A stretch of 64,000 nt of DNA from Cyclobacteriaceae bacterium (GTDB lineage: Bacteria > Bacteroidota > Bacteroidia > Cytophagales > Cyclobacteriaceae): positions 8,164-72,163 of the forward strand of contig JBFWPC010000011.1 of NCBI GenBank assembly GCA_050250195.1. The letters are read 5' to 3'. The position numbers and the translations under genes are program-made. This document shows, piece after piece, positions 44,004-52,697 of the stretch. Under the pieces are notes generated by a model. The model had not been told where the DNA came from and ran no database searches. It worked only from the letters and a program-made list of their open reading frames with translations. How positions within the stretch are numbered: the stretch's first letter is position 1; each line of letters begins with the position of its first letter.

Positions 44004-44131
44004 TGAGCTCCGAAGGTAAGCGAAAATCGAACCAACCTGGCAATGGCGCCTGATCGAGATGGCACCGAACGGACCGGCAATCAGGCAATCTTTTGGGTTT
44101 AAATCTTTATTTTAGGGTCAAATTTTGCCAA

Positions 44132-45280
44132 ATGAAATTGACATTAGGCCTTTGTCTGAGTTTGCTTTTGGTTGTTTCTGTGCCGGCACAAGAAACGGAT
44201 AGTTTGATGCGTGCGCTGGAGACTGCCAAAGGAGACCTGAAAGTAAAAACCCTGAATGAGCTCTTTAGGGCCTACATCAACTCCGACCCGGTAACGGCTA
44301 TCGGCTATACGCGCGAAGCGCTCACACTCGCCACGGAAATAGAAGACCAGAAAGGCATGGCGGCAGCCTATAACAACCTGGGTGTGGCCTACCGCAATCA
44401 GGGTGCGCTCGACAAAGCGCTTGAATACTACCTGACTTCTCTGCGCATCTATAACACCCTGGAAAATGACGAGGGCATCGCGACTACCAAGAATAACATA
44501 GGTACCATCTATAGCCTGGAAAAGGATTATGGTCAGGCAATGAAATATTTTGAAGAGGCCTACGAGATGTTTAGCAAGATCAATGACGAAAGCCGCATCC
44601 TGGGAACGATGAATAACCTCGGTAATCTGCATAGCGATCTTCAGTTGTATGAGCAGGCTTTGAAATATTATTCACAGGCCTACCAACTCAGTGAAAAAAT
44701 TGGAAAACCCTATTCCGATCCGCTTTCCAATATTGGCAACCTGTACTACAAGCAAGGAAACCTCCAGCGGGCTGTGGAATACTATGAGCGCGCCCTGACG
44801 TTGGCTGAGAAAAACAACAACCGCATCAATTTATTAAACATCACTGCAAACCTGGCCCAGGTGTATGTGCAAGCAGGCCAGACGGCCACGGCACAGAAAT
44901 ATATCGACCAAGCTACCGCGCTCAGCAAAAACCTCAAGGCATTCATTTTTGAACCGGACTTGCTGAAGACACAAGCCACCAACTACTACAAACAAGGCAG
45001 AATGGCCGAGGCATATCAAACTTTACTTAAGTACGACCAAGCCAAGGAGCGAATCCACAGCGAAGAGAGCACGCGCAAGATCGCCCAGATGGAGATGGCC
45101 CTGCAGATGGCTGAAAAAGAAAAGGAGCTCGAACAACTCCGCAAGGATGACGAAATCAAAACCCTGCAGCTAAGAAACACGCGCATGGTCATTACCATCA
45201 TCGTGTTAACGATTGTGGCTGTGGTGGGCATCACCAACCTGTTCTACACCCGCAAAAAAGCCAAGCGCATCAACGCCTAG
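44132..45280 (+). CDS. TPR-repeat protein with a C-terminal coiled coil and TM anchor
   Basis: Repeated A..YNNLG..Y...G....A..YY..A TPR units. C-terminal hydrophobic helix VITIIVLTIVAVVGITNLF. I place the start at MKLTLGL, which gives a signal-like N-terminus. Confidence 0.8.
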   Translation: MKLTLGLCLSLLLVVSVPAQETDSLMRALETAKGDLKVKTLNELFRAYINSDPVTAIGYTREALTLATEIEDQKGMAAAYNNLGVAYRNQGALDKALEYYLTSLRIYNTLENDEGIATTKNNIGTIYSLEKDYGQAMKYFEEAYEMFSKINDESRILGTMNNLGNLHSDLQLYEQALKYYSQAYQLSEKIGKPYSDPLSNIGNLYYKQGNLQRAVEYYERALTLAEKNNNRINLLNITANLAQVYVQAGQTATAQKYIDQATALSKNLKAFIFEPDLLKTQATNYYKQGRMAEAYQTLLKYDQAKERIHSEESTRKIAQMEMALQMAEKEKELEQLRKDDEIKTLQLRNTRMVITIIVLTIVAVVGITNLFYTRKKAKRINA

Positions 45281-45286
45281 TTATTC

Positions 45287-45826
45287 ATGACCAGATCAGA
45301 GGCGAAAGCCATCCTCACGTCCCTAACACAAAGTGCCAGCCTCCTGCGACATATGCGCACCGTGGAACTGGTGATGGAAGCCTATGCATTGAAATATGGT
45401 GAAGATCCCGAAGAGTGGGCCATTGCCGGGATGCTGCATGATGCGGACTACGAAGCCTACCCCGATCAACACCCGCAGGTTATTGTGAGGCAACTACGCG
45501 AAAGGGGACTTGAAAAGATTGCCCACGCCATTTCGGCTCACTACACAAAATGGAACGTGCCTTATGAAACGCTGCTCGACAAGGCGCTGCTTGCCACAGA
45601 TGAGTTGACCGGCTTTATTGTGGCCTGCGCGCAGGTTCGGCCGGAAGGAATCAGTACCCTTGAGACCAAATCAGTGATCAAGAAGCTGAAGGACAAGAGT
45701 TTTGCCGCCAAGGTAGAACGGGATGAGGTGTATAAAGGCGTGGAACTGCTTAGCGTGGACCTGAAGGAGCACATCGCTTTTATTATTGACGTACTGCGCA
45801 AACACAAGGATGAGCTTGGGATCTGA
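45287..45826 (+). CDS. HD-domain phosphohydrolase
   Basis: 179 aa with the GMLHDADYE H-D motif. The size is consistent with the HDIG family. Confidence 0.75.
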   Translation: MTRSEAKAILTSLTQSASLLRHMRTVELVMEAYALKYGEDPEEWAIAGMLHDADYEAYPDQHPQVIVRQLRERGLEKIAHAISAHYTKWNVPYETLLDKALLATDELTGFIVACAQVRPEGISTLETKSVIKKLKDKSFAAKVERDEVYKGVELLSVDLKEHIAFIIDVLRKHKDELGI

Positions 45827-45899
45827 AATTTTGGAATTTGAGGGTTTCCGATTTTCAAGTTTAACATTACCTTTGAAGCAACCTAAATGAGATCCCAAT

Positions 45900-46031
45900 A
45901 TGTTTGATCAAGTAATTGCCAACGGAGCCAACATTTTCATCATCATCGTGGCCGTATTGATCGGTTTTGCGGCTGCCCTGGGATATGTTGACTACCAAAA
46001 GACCAAGAAAGAAGAAAACGACCAGGCTTAA
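45900..46031 (+). CDS. small membrane protein (43 aa)
   Basis: Hand translation gives MFDQVIANGANIFIIIVAVLIGFAAALGYVDYQKTKKEENDQA*. It is followed by the hairpin gagcccat..atgggctt plus a T-run at about 46058-46088. Confidence 0.35.
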   Translation: MFDQVIANGANIFIIIVAVLIGFAAALGYVDYQKTKKEENDQA

Positions 46032-46103
46032 GAGCTTTGTTATTGCCGATAAACAAAGAGCCCATCTCGTGAATGGGCTTTTATTTTTTATGACAGGCCA
46101 CCC

Positions 46104-46661
46104 TCAATAGGGTGACTGATACACTTCTTGCCAATCCTTCCACTTCATCTTCCTGTAGTGGTCTTGCCCGATGAATTGAATGATTTTGTGAAACTCTTCC
46201 GGCTTCTGGTACCCCTGCAGCGGCTGGATCATCTCAAATTCCTCATTGAGAAACACGACTGACGGGTAGGCAAGTTGATTGTTCAGCAGCGCCATGGCCA
46301 GTTGATGCGTGCCTTTACTACCATAAGGTACGAACTTAAATGTGGTTCCCCTGAATTCCACATCCGCTGTCTGTTCTGCATCAAACTTTACCGGATAGAA
46401 GTTTTCATTTAGAATCCTGGCAATGAGAGGTTCACTAAAGGTGTTCTTGTCCATCACCTTGCACCACCCGCACCATTCAGTGTACACATCAATGAAGATC
46501 TTGCGCTTTTCTGTTTTCGACTTTTCAACAGCTTCCTCAAAAGTCAGCCAATGAACAGCCTCGGAACCGACCGTTTCGGACGTCTGCGCCTGCACAGGAA
46601 TGGCATTGGCGCAAATAACCGCTGCGAAATAGTACGACCAGCGTGTAATTTTCTGAACCAT
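46104..46661 (-). CDS. thioredoxin-fold protein (DUF255/thioredoxin-like)
   Basis: 185 aa with a signal peptide and the WCGWCKVM CxxC motif. Confidence 0.8.
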   Translation of the reverse strand: MVQKITRWSYYFAAVICANAIPVQAQTSETVGSEAVHWLTFEEAVEKSKTEKRKIFIDVYTEWCGWCKVMDKNTFSEPLIARILNENFYPVKFDAEQTADVEFRGTTFKFVPYGSKGTHQLAMALLNNQLAYPSVVFLNEEFEMIQPLQGYQKPEEFHKIIQFIGQDHYRKMKWKDWQEVYQSPY

Positions 46662-47084
46662 GTGTCTACAAATGTAACAGAATCAAGCCATGATGACGTT
46701 TGAACCGAATACGTGCAAAACCGAGAATTGCGAAATCTATAGAGCGGGTAACCTTGCCCAAATCCCGAAGTATGTACGGATATATGGCGGAATTGTCCGA
46801 AAGTGGGCAAAAAATAACGGGCTAAAAACCAAAATTACCGCCAAATGGACGATTTCAAGTGTGGCACCCAGTTTGGTAAATTGAAACGGCATGAAGATCT
46901 CCTATAAAGACTGGCTCCTCTTTTTTGGTATCCTTGTGGCAGTGGTCATTACCCTTACTACCCTGGTTTACCGGGATCAGCCCGTGAAGTCGAAGGCCAA
47001 TGAAACGGAGGTCGCACCCAGGACGGGCCTGAGTGTACCCGGGGAGATCAGGAAAACGGTAGGAAAAGTACTTTTGCCTGTCTT

Positions 47085-47669
47085 TCAAACCGCTGCCGCT
47101 TCGGCATCCTCGCGATAGGCATAGTAGCTCAACACCATTTCAATCGCCTTTCGAATCGCTTTGTTGATGGGAAAGAACTCGCGCCCCAACTCACCATCTA
47201 TGGCACGAAGCTGCATGTAATAGTTGCTCATGACTGGCACGGTGATGCCTGCGGCAACCTGGGTTGCGGCTGATTGGAACTTTTCAGCTTGCCCGGTCTT
47301 GATCGTGGAACAGGTTACAAGTTCCCTGGCACCGTGTTTATTGACCCTTGCCGTATAGCCAAATAGCCGGCAAACCATCCCTCGCTGGGCATACATCCCG
47401 CAGCGCCCACCTTCCACATCCAACATCTTACAGAATGAGCCTTCGTTTTGCTTCAGGGTCTCAAGGATTTCGTACGCTTTGCCCTCGCGATAAAATTTTA
47501 GCGCCAACGGAAGAAACTCCAAGGCGGTAGCCTCGATGTCCGGCTTCAGGCAGCATTTGATGCAACCCACATTGCATTGCAGGCCAGACCATTGTCTAAA
47601 ATTACTGATTTCAACGTCCAGGCCGCGGTAAACTTCCTCGACTTCCTGGACCAGGTGTTCGATGCTCAA
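47085..47669 (-). CDS. YkgJ-family cysteine-cluster protein
   Basis: 194 aa with an N-terminal Cys cluster (CNVGCIKCC) and later C..C pairs. Confidence 0.65.
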   Translation of the reverse strand: MSIEHLVQEVEEVYRGLDVEISNFRQWSGLQCNVGCIKCCLKPDIEATALEFLPLALKFYREGKAYEILETLKQNEGSFCKMLDVEGGRCGMYAQRGMVCRLFGYTARVNKHGARELVTCSTIKTGQAEKFQSAATQVAAGITVPVMSNYYMQLRAIDGELGREFFPINKAIRKAIEMVLSYYAYREDAEAAAV

Positions 47670-47777
47670 GCAAAAGGTGCAATCACGGGAACAAAGTTAG
47701 ACCAAAAAGAATCACACTTTTTTAGCAGCCGGCATAATATTTTTAGGGATATGGCTAGGCCTTAATTTTCGATAAAT

Positions 47778-48290
47778 TCAAGGCTGGTCGTGGTATTTCA
47801 CCTCATAAGCCAGGGAAACCAGGCCGGTGGAATAGGCCTTTTGAGAAATAAGCCGGGTGTGGATTCGGCCCGGGAGGCCCTGGAACAACAGCTTGCCTTT
47901 TCCCAACAAGAGGGGGTGTACGGCAAGCCATAGTTCGTCTACCAGCCGTCCGTTCAGCAGGCTGGTGGTTAACTCCGCTCCTCCAAATAACCACATGTCT
48001 TTTCCAGGCTCCGCCTTCAGGCTGGCCAGTGCGGTAAGCGCGTCACCTTGCAGTAGCCCTGCTCCCTCGGTTTGACCAAGCGTATTGGAAAACACGTAGG
48101 CCTTTTTATCGGGGAACACATTGCCACCCGCCATCTCAAAGCTCTTTCGTCCGTACAAAACCGTGTCGATCCTTTTCAGGAAATCCTTCATGCCGTAGTC
48201 CTGGTCGGTGAAGCACCAATCGTACTCGCCATTGGGTCCTTCAATAAAGCCATCCAGACTCACTGCCACACCAAGGATTACCTTTCTCAT
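47778..48290 (-). CDS. dihydrofolate-reductase-family (RibD C-terminal domain) protein
   Basis: 170 aa. MRKVILGVAVSLDGFIEGPNGEYDW...LWLFGGAEL...DELWLAVHPLLLGKG is the typical RibD_C pattern. Confidence 0.8.
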   Translation of the reverse strand: MRKVILGVAVSLDGFIEGPNGEYDWCFTDQDYGMKDFLKRIDTVLYGRKSFEMAGGNVFPDKKAYVFSNTLGQTEGAGLLQGDALTALASLKAEPGKDMWLFGGAELTTSLLNGRLVDELWLAVHPLLLGKGKLLFQGLPGRIHTRLISQKAYSTGLVSLAYEVKYHDQP

Positions 48291-48775
48291 GTCATCATCA
48301 GTTTGGCATCCTCGCCTACGCGCGGTTTGGAATGGACGCTTTCCGCCTTTTCGTTGTCGCTGTCAATAATGGCCTTTAGCTGCAGCAGATTCAGTTCACA
48401 GGTTGCGCGCAGCCATTCCGCAAATCGTGGACTGGCCATCGTTCGTCCCGCCCTAACTTCCATCTTAAATAATGTGCTTGCTCCGCGGTCAACAAAGTGA
48501 TAGACCACGTCAATACGCACCCCGGCTGACGTTGTAACAAACGCCCTCCGCGCCAAAGGCCAGAACAAGCTTTCATTGAATTGCAGTTCTACCTCCTCAT
48601 TGCCCAACAACCAAATCTCCTTGTATGCTGAATCCGTGCGCTCTTCGGATTTGTCGATCCATCTGGAATCCAGGACCTGCGTTTGCCAGTCCACGTTATT
48701 CTCAATGTCAGCCAGGTAGTTGAAAAGCGGCTGGCGTGGCCATGCCAGTTCCATCTGCAAAATAAAAGTTTCCAT
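48287..48775 (-). CDS. SRPBCC-superfamily protein
   Basis: 162 aa. The size and pattern are consistent with a START/Bet v1-like fold. A 4-nt overlap with the downstream gene. This call is tentative. Confidence 0.5.
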   Translation of the reverse strand: METFILQMELAWPRQPLFNYLADIENNVDWQTQVLDSRWIDKSEERTDSAYKEIWLLGNEEVELQFNESLFWPLARRAFVTTSAGVRIDVVYHFVDRGASTLFKMEVRAGRTMASPRFAEWLRATCELNLLQLKAIIDSDNEKAESVHSKPRVGEDAKLMMT

Positions 48776-48864
48776 TTGAGCCGTTTTGATTACGAATTAA
48801 GACACCCACACTGTCAACGGTATGTCAACAGCGGACTCGAGGGCAATTATTTTCAATAAAAAAT

Positions 48865-49818
48865 TCAGGCGGGCTCGGCCGTGAGCGAATAGTGTTGATG
48901 CAACTGGGTAGCCAGTTCTGCCATGAGCGGTTTCAGTTCTTCCGGTTCCTCAATTTCCACCTTGGTGCCAAACATGAGCAACCAATGGGCGATAAAAATG
49001 AGTTTATCAATCAGGAATTCGAATCGAACCTTGTCTCCCAAATCGGTCTCAGCCACCGATCCATACACCGGCCGCGCGCTAATCAACGACTTATCAATCA
49101 GCACTTTTACACGGATCAGGTCTTTGTTGTGATGGACGTGTGTCTTCAAATACTCCTGAAGTGAGAGAAGCTTGTCGCTGTCAAACTTCTTGTCGATGGT
49201 CTTCAGGTCTTTGATCCGATCCGCCCGGAAATCCCGATATCCTTTCCGCAACTGGCACCAGGCAATTAAATGCCAGGCGCTGTTGTAGTAGAAAAGGCCT
49301 ATGGGCTCCACATCGCGGAGCGTGTCTTCTTCCTTGTTGCTGATGTAGGTGAGCCGCAACACCGACTTTTGTGCCACCGCACTCTGTATCTGCGTAATGA
49401 AATGGTCCGGAAGGTCGGGCTTTCTCCATTGCCGGATCTGCACCTCGATGTGATCGTCCAGGTTCTCCAGGTGGTCTTTTTCCGATTCGTTGAGGACGGC
49501 TTTGATTTTCAACATGGCCGATTCGTAAGCCTTGCGCACCGATTTGTCGGTCATCTTATCTACCAACTTGCCCGCCAATAACAACGCGCTGGCCTCATCC
49601 TGGCTAAACATCACCGGTGGCAAATGGTAGCCATCAACAATGAAGTAGCCCTTGCCCGCTTCTGAACCGATCGGCACACCGGCCTCCATCAGCGCGCGTA
49701 CATCGCGATACACGGTTCTTAAGCTGATTTCAAACCGGTCAGCGATTTCCTCCGCCTTCACAATGCGTTTGGTTTGCAATTGTATCAGCGTGGCGGTGAG
49801 TCGATCGATCCGGTTCAT
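48865..49818 (-). CDS. YafY-family transcriptional regulator (HTH plus WYL domain)
   Basis: 317 aa. It has an N-terminal MNRIDRLTATLIQLQTKRIVKAEEIADRFEISLRTVYRDVRAL and a central WYL-like region (AWHLIAWCQLRKGYRDFR). Confidence 0.85.
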   Translation of the reverse strand: MNRIDRLTATLIQLQTKRIVKAEEIADRFEISLRTVYRDVRALMEAGVPIGSEAGKGYFIVDGYHLPPVMFSQDEASALLLAGKLVDKMTDKSVRKAYESAMLKIKAVLNESEKDHLENLDDHIEVQIRQWRKPDLPDHFITQIQSAVAQKSVLRLTYISNKEEDTLRDVEPIGLFYYNSAWHLIAWCQLRKGYRDFRADRIKDLKTIDKKFDSDKLLSLQEYLKTHVHHNKDLIRVKVLIDKSLISARPVYGSVAETDLGDKVRFEFLIDKLIFIAHWLLMFGTKVEIEEPEELKPLMAELATQLHQHYSLTAEPA

Positions 49819-49853
49819 AAATCAAATTTACGAATAACGGTCTGATAAGTTGC

Positions 49854-51512
49854 CTACCAAAAAATGAGGTATATCGCACCAATGATGCCTGACAACAAAA
49901 GCGCCCCAATCGCAAAAGGGGTAGATACCTTGAACATGGAACGGTCTACTTCAATGACACCTCGATCGTCCTTCTTCGGTTTGATCAGGCTTACGACAAT
50001 CATCAGCGCCACAAGAATCAAGAAGACATAGCCCATCCGGTGCAAGAAGGGCGTGCCCGGCAGCCATTCATTAAAAGCAAGCCCGAGCGGCAACGTACCC
50101 AAAGCCGCCAGCAATGCCGACAAACCCGTGGCCCGCTTCCAAAACATACCCAATAAGAAAATGGCTACCACACCCGGGGAAATTAATCCCGTAAAATCCT
50201 GAATGAACTGGAATGCCTGGTCGAAACGCCTGAGTTGAGGGGCCGTGACGATCGCAATAACCATGGCCACCACGATGGCAATCTTACCCACCCAAACCAG
50301 GTGTGCCTCGGTGGCATCTTGTTTAAAATATTTCTTATACAGATCGAGGGTGAAGATGGTGGATATGCTATTCGCCTTACCTGCCAGGGAAGCCACGATG
50401 GCCGCGGTTAGAGCCGCAAAGGAAAGGCCCTTCAAACCCGTGGGTAGCAAGTTAAGCAACACCGGATAGGCTTTGTCCGACTTCAACACTTCCTTGACCA
50501 CGCCATCTACGTTCACCGTTTCCATCATCTCTTGCTGGAAAAATCCATTTTTGTAAAGCACGTAAGCCGCAATGCCCGGCAGCACCACGATTACCGGCAT
50601 CAACAATTTGAGAAACGCGGCAAACAAAAGACCCAACCGACCCGTACGAAGATCTGCGCCCAGGGCACGCTGGGTAATGTACTGATTGCAACCCCAGTAG
50701 TTCAGGTTCGCAATCCACATCGCACCGATCAGCACCGCCATCCCCGGCAGCATCTGATAGGCGTCCTGCTCCCCGCCTTTCCCATCCGGGATCATCATTT
50801 GCCCCTGGTTGAGGATCATATGGAAATGATCAGAGGCATTTTGTTTTACATAGCCCAACGCACCCCACACATCTCCCCCACCCAATCGCTGGCTCACCAA
50901 CTCAAGCGCAAGGTAGGTCGTTGCCAGGCCACCCATCACCAACACCAACACCTGGATCACGTCTGTATAACCAATTACTTTCATGCCACCCAGCGTGATG
51001 AAGATGGCGAAGATCGCCAACCCGATGATGCAGGTCGTGAAACCAATGCCACTGATGGTATCCACGGCCAACGCCCCTAGGTAAAGAATGGAAGTAAGGT
51101 TCACGAAGATGTAGACAAGGAGCCAAAATACCGCCATGATGGTGGCAACCAGCGGATTGTATCGCTGCGCCAGGAATTGCGGCATCGTGTAGATCTTATT
51201 TTTTAGATATATGGGAAGGAAAAAGATCGCCACCACCAACAAAGTGGCAGCCGCCATCCACTCGTAAGATGCAATGGCCAGGCCCATCGCAAATCCCGAT
51301 CCTGACATGCCAATGAATTGTTCTGCGGAAATGTTCGAAGCAATCAATGAAGCACCGATCGCCCACCAGGTGAGTGAGCCTTCCGCCAGAAAAAAATCCT
51401 TCGAATCAACCTCTGATTTTTTCTTGCGCGTGTAGATCCAATAGCCATAAGAGGCCACGACTACAAAGTAGATCAGGAAGATGACGTAGTCAGCAAGCTG
51501 GAGTTGTTGCAT
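49854..51512 (-). CDS. sodium:solute symporter (SGLT-like sugar transporter)
   Basis: 552 aa with about 14 TM segments and SSF motifs. It is adjacent to galK. Confidence 0.85.
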   Translation of the reverse strand: MQQLQLADYVIFLIYFVVVASYGYWIYTRKKKSEVDSKDFFLAEGSLTWWAIGASLIASNISAEQFIGMSGSGFAMGLAIASYEWMAAATLLVVAIFFLPIYLKNKIYTMPQFLAQRYNPLVATIMAVFWLLVYIFVNLTSILYLGALAVDTISGIGFTTCIIGLAIFAIFITLGGMKVIGYTDVIQVLVLVMGGLATTYLALELVSQRLGGGDVWGALGYVKQNASDHFHMILNQGQMMIPDGKGGEQDAYQMLPGMAVLIGAMWIANLNYWGCNQYITQRALGADLRTGRLGLLFAAFLKLLMPVIVVLPGIAAYVLYKNGFFQQEMMETVNVDGVVKEVLKSDKAYPVLLNLLPTGLKGLSFAALTAAIVASLAGKANSISTIFTLDLYKKYFKQDATEAHLVWVGKIAIVVAMVIAIVTAPQLRRFDQAFQFIQDFTGLISPGVVAIFLLGMFWKRATGLSALLAALGTLPLGLAFNEWLPGTPFLHRMGYVFLILVALMIVVSLIKPKKDDRGVIEVDRSMFKVSTPFAIGALLLSGIIGAIYLIFW

Positions 51513-51530
51513 AGAGGAAGCGAGGTTGGG

Positions 51531-52697
51531 TTAGGAGACTTCAGAGGTTGTCAGTTCATGCACGCCCTCCGAAGGCTTAACCAAATAAAAATCAGCTTCT
51601 TTTCTGAACTGGGCAAAATATTTGGATCGGACGGCATCCGTAAACGATTGCACTTGTGTTTTTTGAACGATATTGAGGGTGCAGCCGCCAAAGCCTCCAC
51701 CCATCATGCGGGCTCCGACCACACCCTTGTGTTGTCTCCCGAGCTCAACCAGAAAATCAGTTTCCGGGCAACTCACATCATACTCTTTGCTGAGTCCGTG
51801 GTGGGTTTGAAACATCAAGGCTCCAAAGCTCTCAATGTCTTTTTTGTTCAGGAATTTGGTCGACATGATCACCCGATCGATCTCACTGATCACAAACCGG
51901 CACTTGCGAAAAGTGTCAGGGTTCATCTGGTTTTTCACCTGATCGAGGTGCTGCAATCTGGCATCACGGAGTGAGTTTACCTCAGGAAACGTTTTGTGCA
52001 ATATGGAAACACCCTCTTCGCAAGCTGCCCTGCGGTCGTTGTAGGCTGTAGAGGCCAATTGATGATCCACGTTGGAGTTGATCAATAGCAATTGGTAATC
52101 GCCCAAGGCAAGCGGCAACGTCTTGTGGGTGAGTGTCCGGCAATCCAGCAAAAGCACGTGATCTTTTTCTGAAAACAGTGACGCATACTGGTCCATGATC
52201 CCGCATTTAACCCCCGCAAAATGGTGCTCCGCCTCTTGCCCGACAATGGCAATCGCCTGCCGGTCGTGGTTGAGTTGAAACAACTGGTTCACGCCCCAAC
52301 CAAATCCGCAACACAATGCAGCTGATGATGAAAGTCCGGCCCCTTGAGGAATATTTCCACCAAAAACACAGTCAAGACCACCGATAACGCTTCCACGCTC
52401 CCTCAGTCCCGCCAGTACCCCCATGAGGTAGTTCGACCAATGGTGGCCCGGTTTGAAATCCGGATAGCCAAATGAGATTTCTTCCTCACGATCCAGCGAA
52501 TAGCAGCTGAACACACCGGAGTCGTTGGCAGCTAACGCAAAAACGATTTGGCGGTCGATGGCCGTAGGAAGCACCAACCCTTCGTTGTAGTCGACATGCT
52601 CGCCAATCAGGTTGATGCGACCCGGTGCAAGAAAAAGCCGCGGAGTCTGGCCAAATCCTTTTTTGAAGGCGTCCCGCACGGCTTGCTGAATGATCAT
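51531..52697 (-). CDS. galK: galactokinase
   Basis: GRINLIGEHVDYN signature and GHMP motif PQGAGLSSSAA. I place the start at MIIQQAVRDAF (ATGA overlap with the upstream stop) rather than at 52760. Confidence 0.92.
   Translation of the reverse strand: MIIQQAVRDAFKKGFGQTPRLFLAPGRINLIGEHVDYNEGLVLPTAIDRQIVFALAANDSGVFSCYSLDREEEISFGYPDFKPGHHWSNYLMGVLAGLRERGSVIGGLDCVFGGNIPQGAGLSSSAALCCGFGWGVNQLFQLNHDRQAIAIVGQEAEHHFAGVKCGIMDQYASLFSEKDHVLLLDCRTLTHKTLPLALGDYQLLLINSNVDHQLASTAYNDRRAACEEGVSILHKTFPEVNSLRDARLQHLDQVKNQMNPDTFRKCRFVISEIDRVIMSTKFLNKKDIESFGALMFQTHHGLSKEYDVSCPETDFLVELGRQHKGVVGARMMGGGFGGCTLNIVQKTQVQSFTDAVRSKYFAQFRKEADFYLVKPSEGVHELTTSEVS

Noticed and set aside
46690-47118. Small plus-strand ORFs (64 aa and 75 aa) between the thioredoxin-like and YkgJ genes
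   Set aside because: The 64-aa ORF has no features. The 75-aa ORF has one hydrophobic helix but overlaps the YkgJ gene's 3-prime end by 34 nt. The evidence is insufficient to call either.
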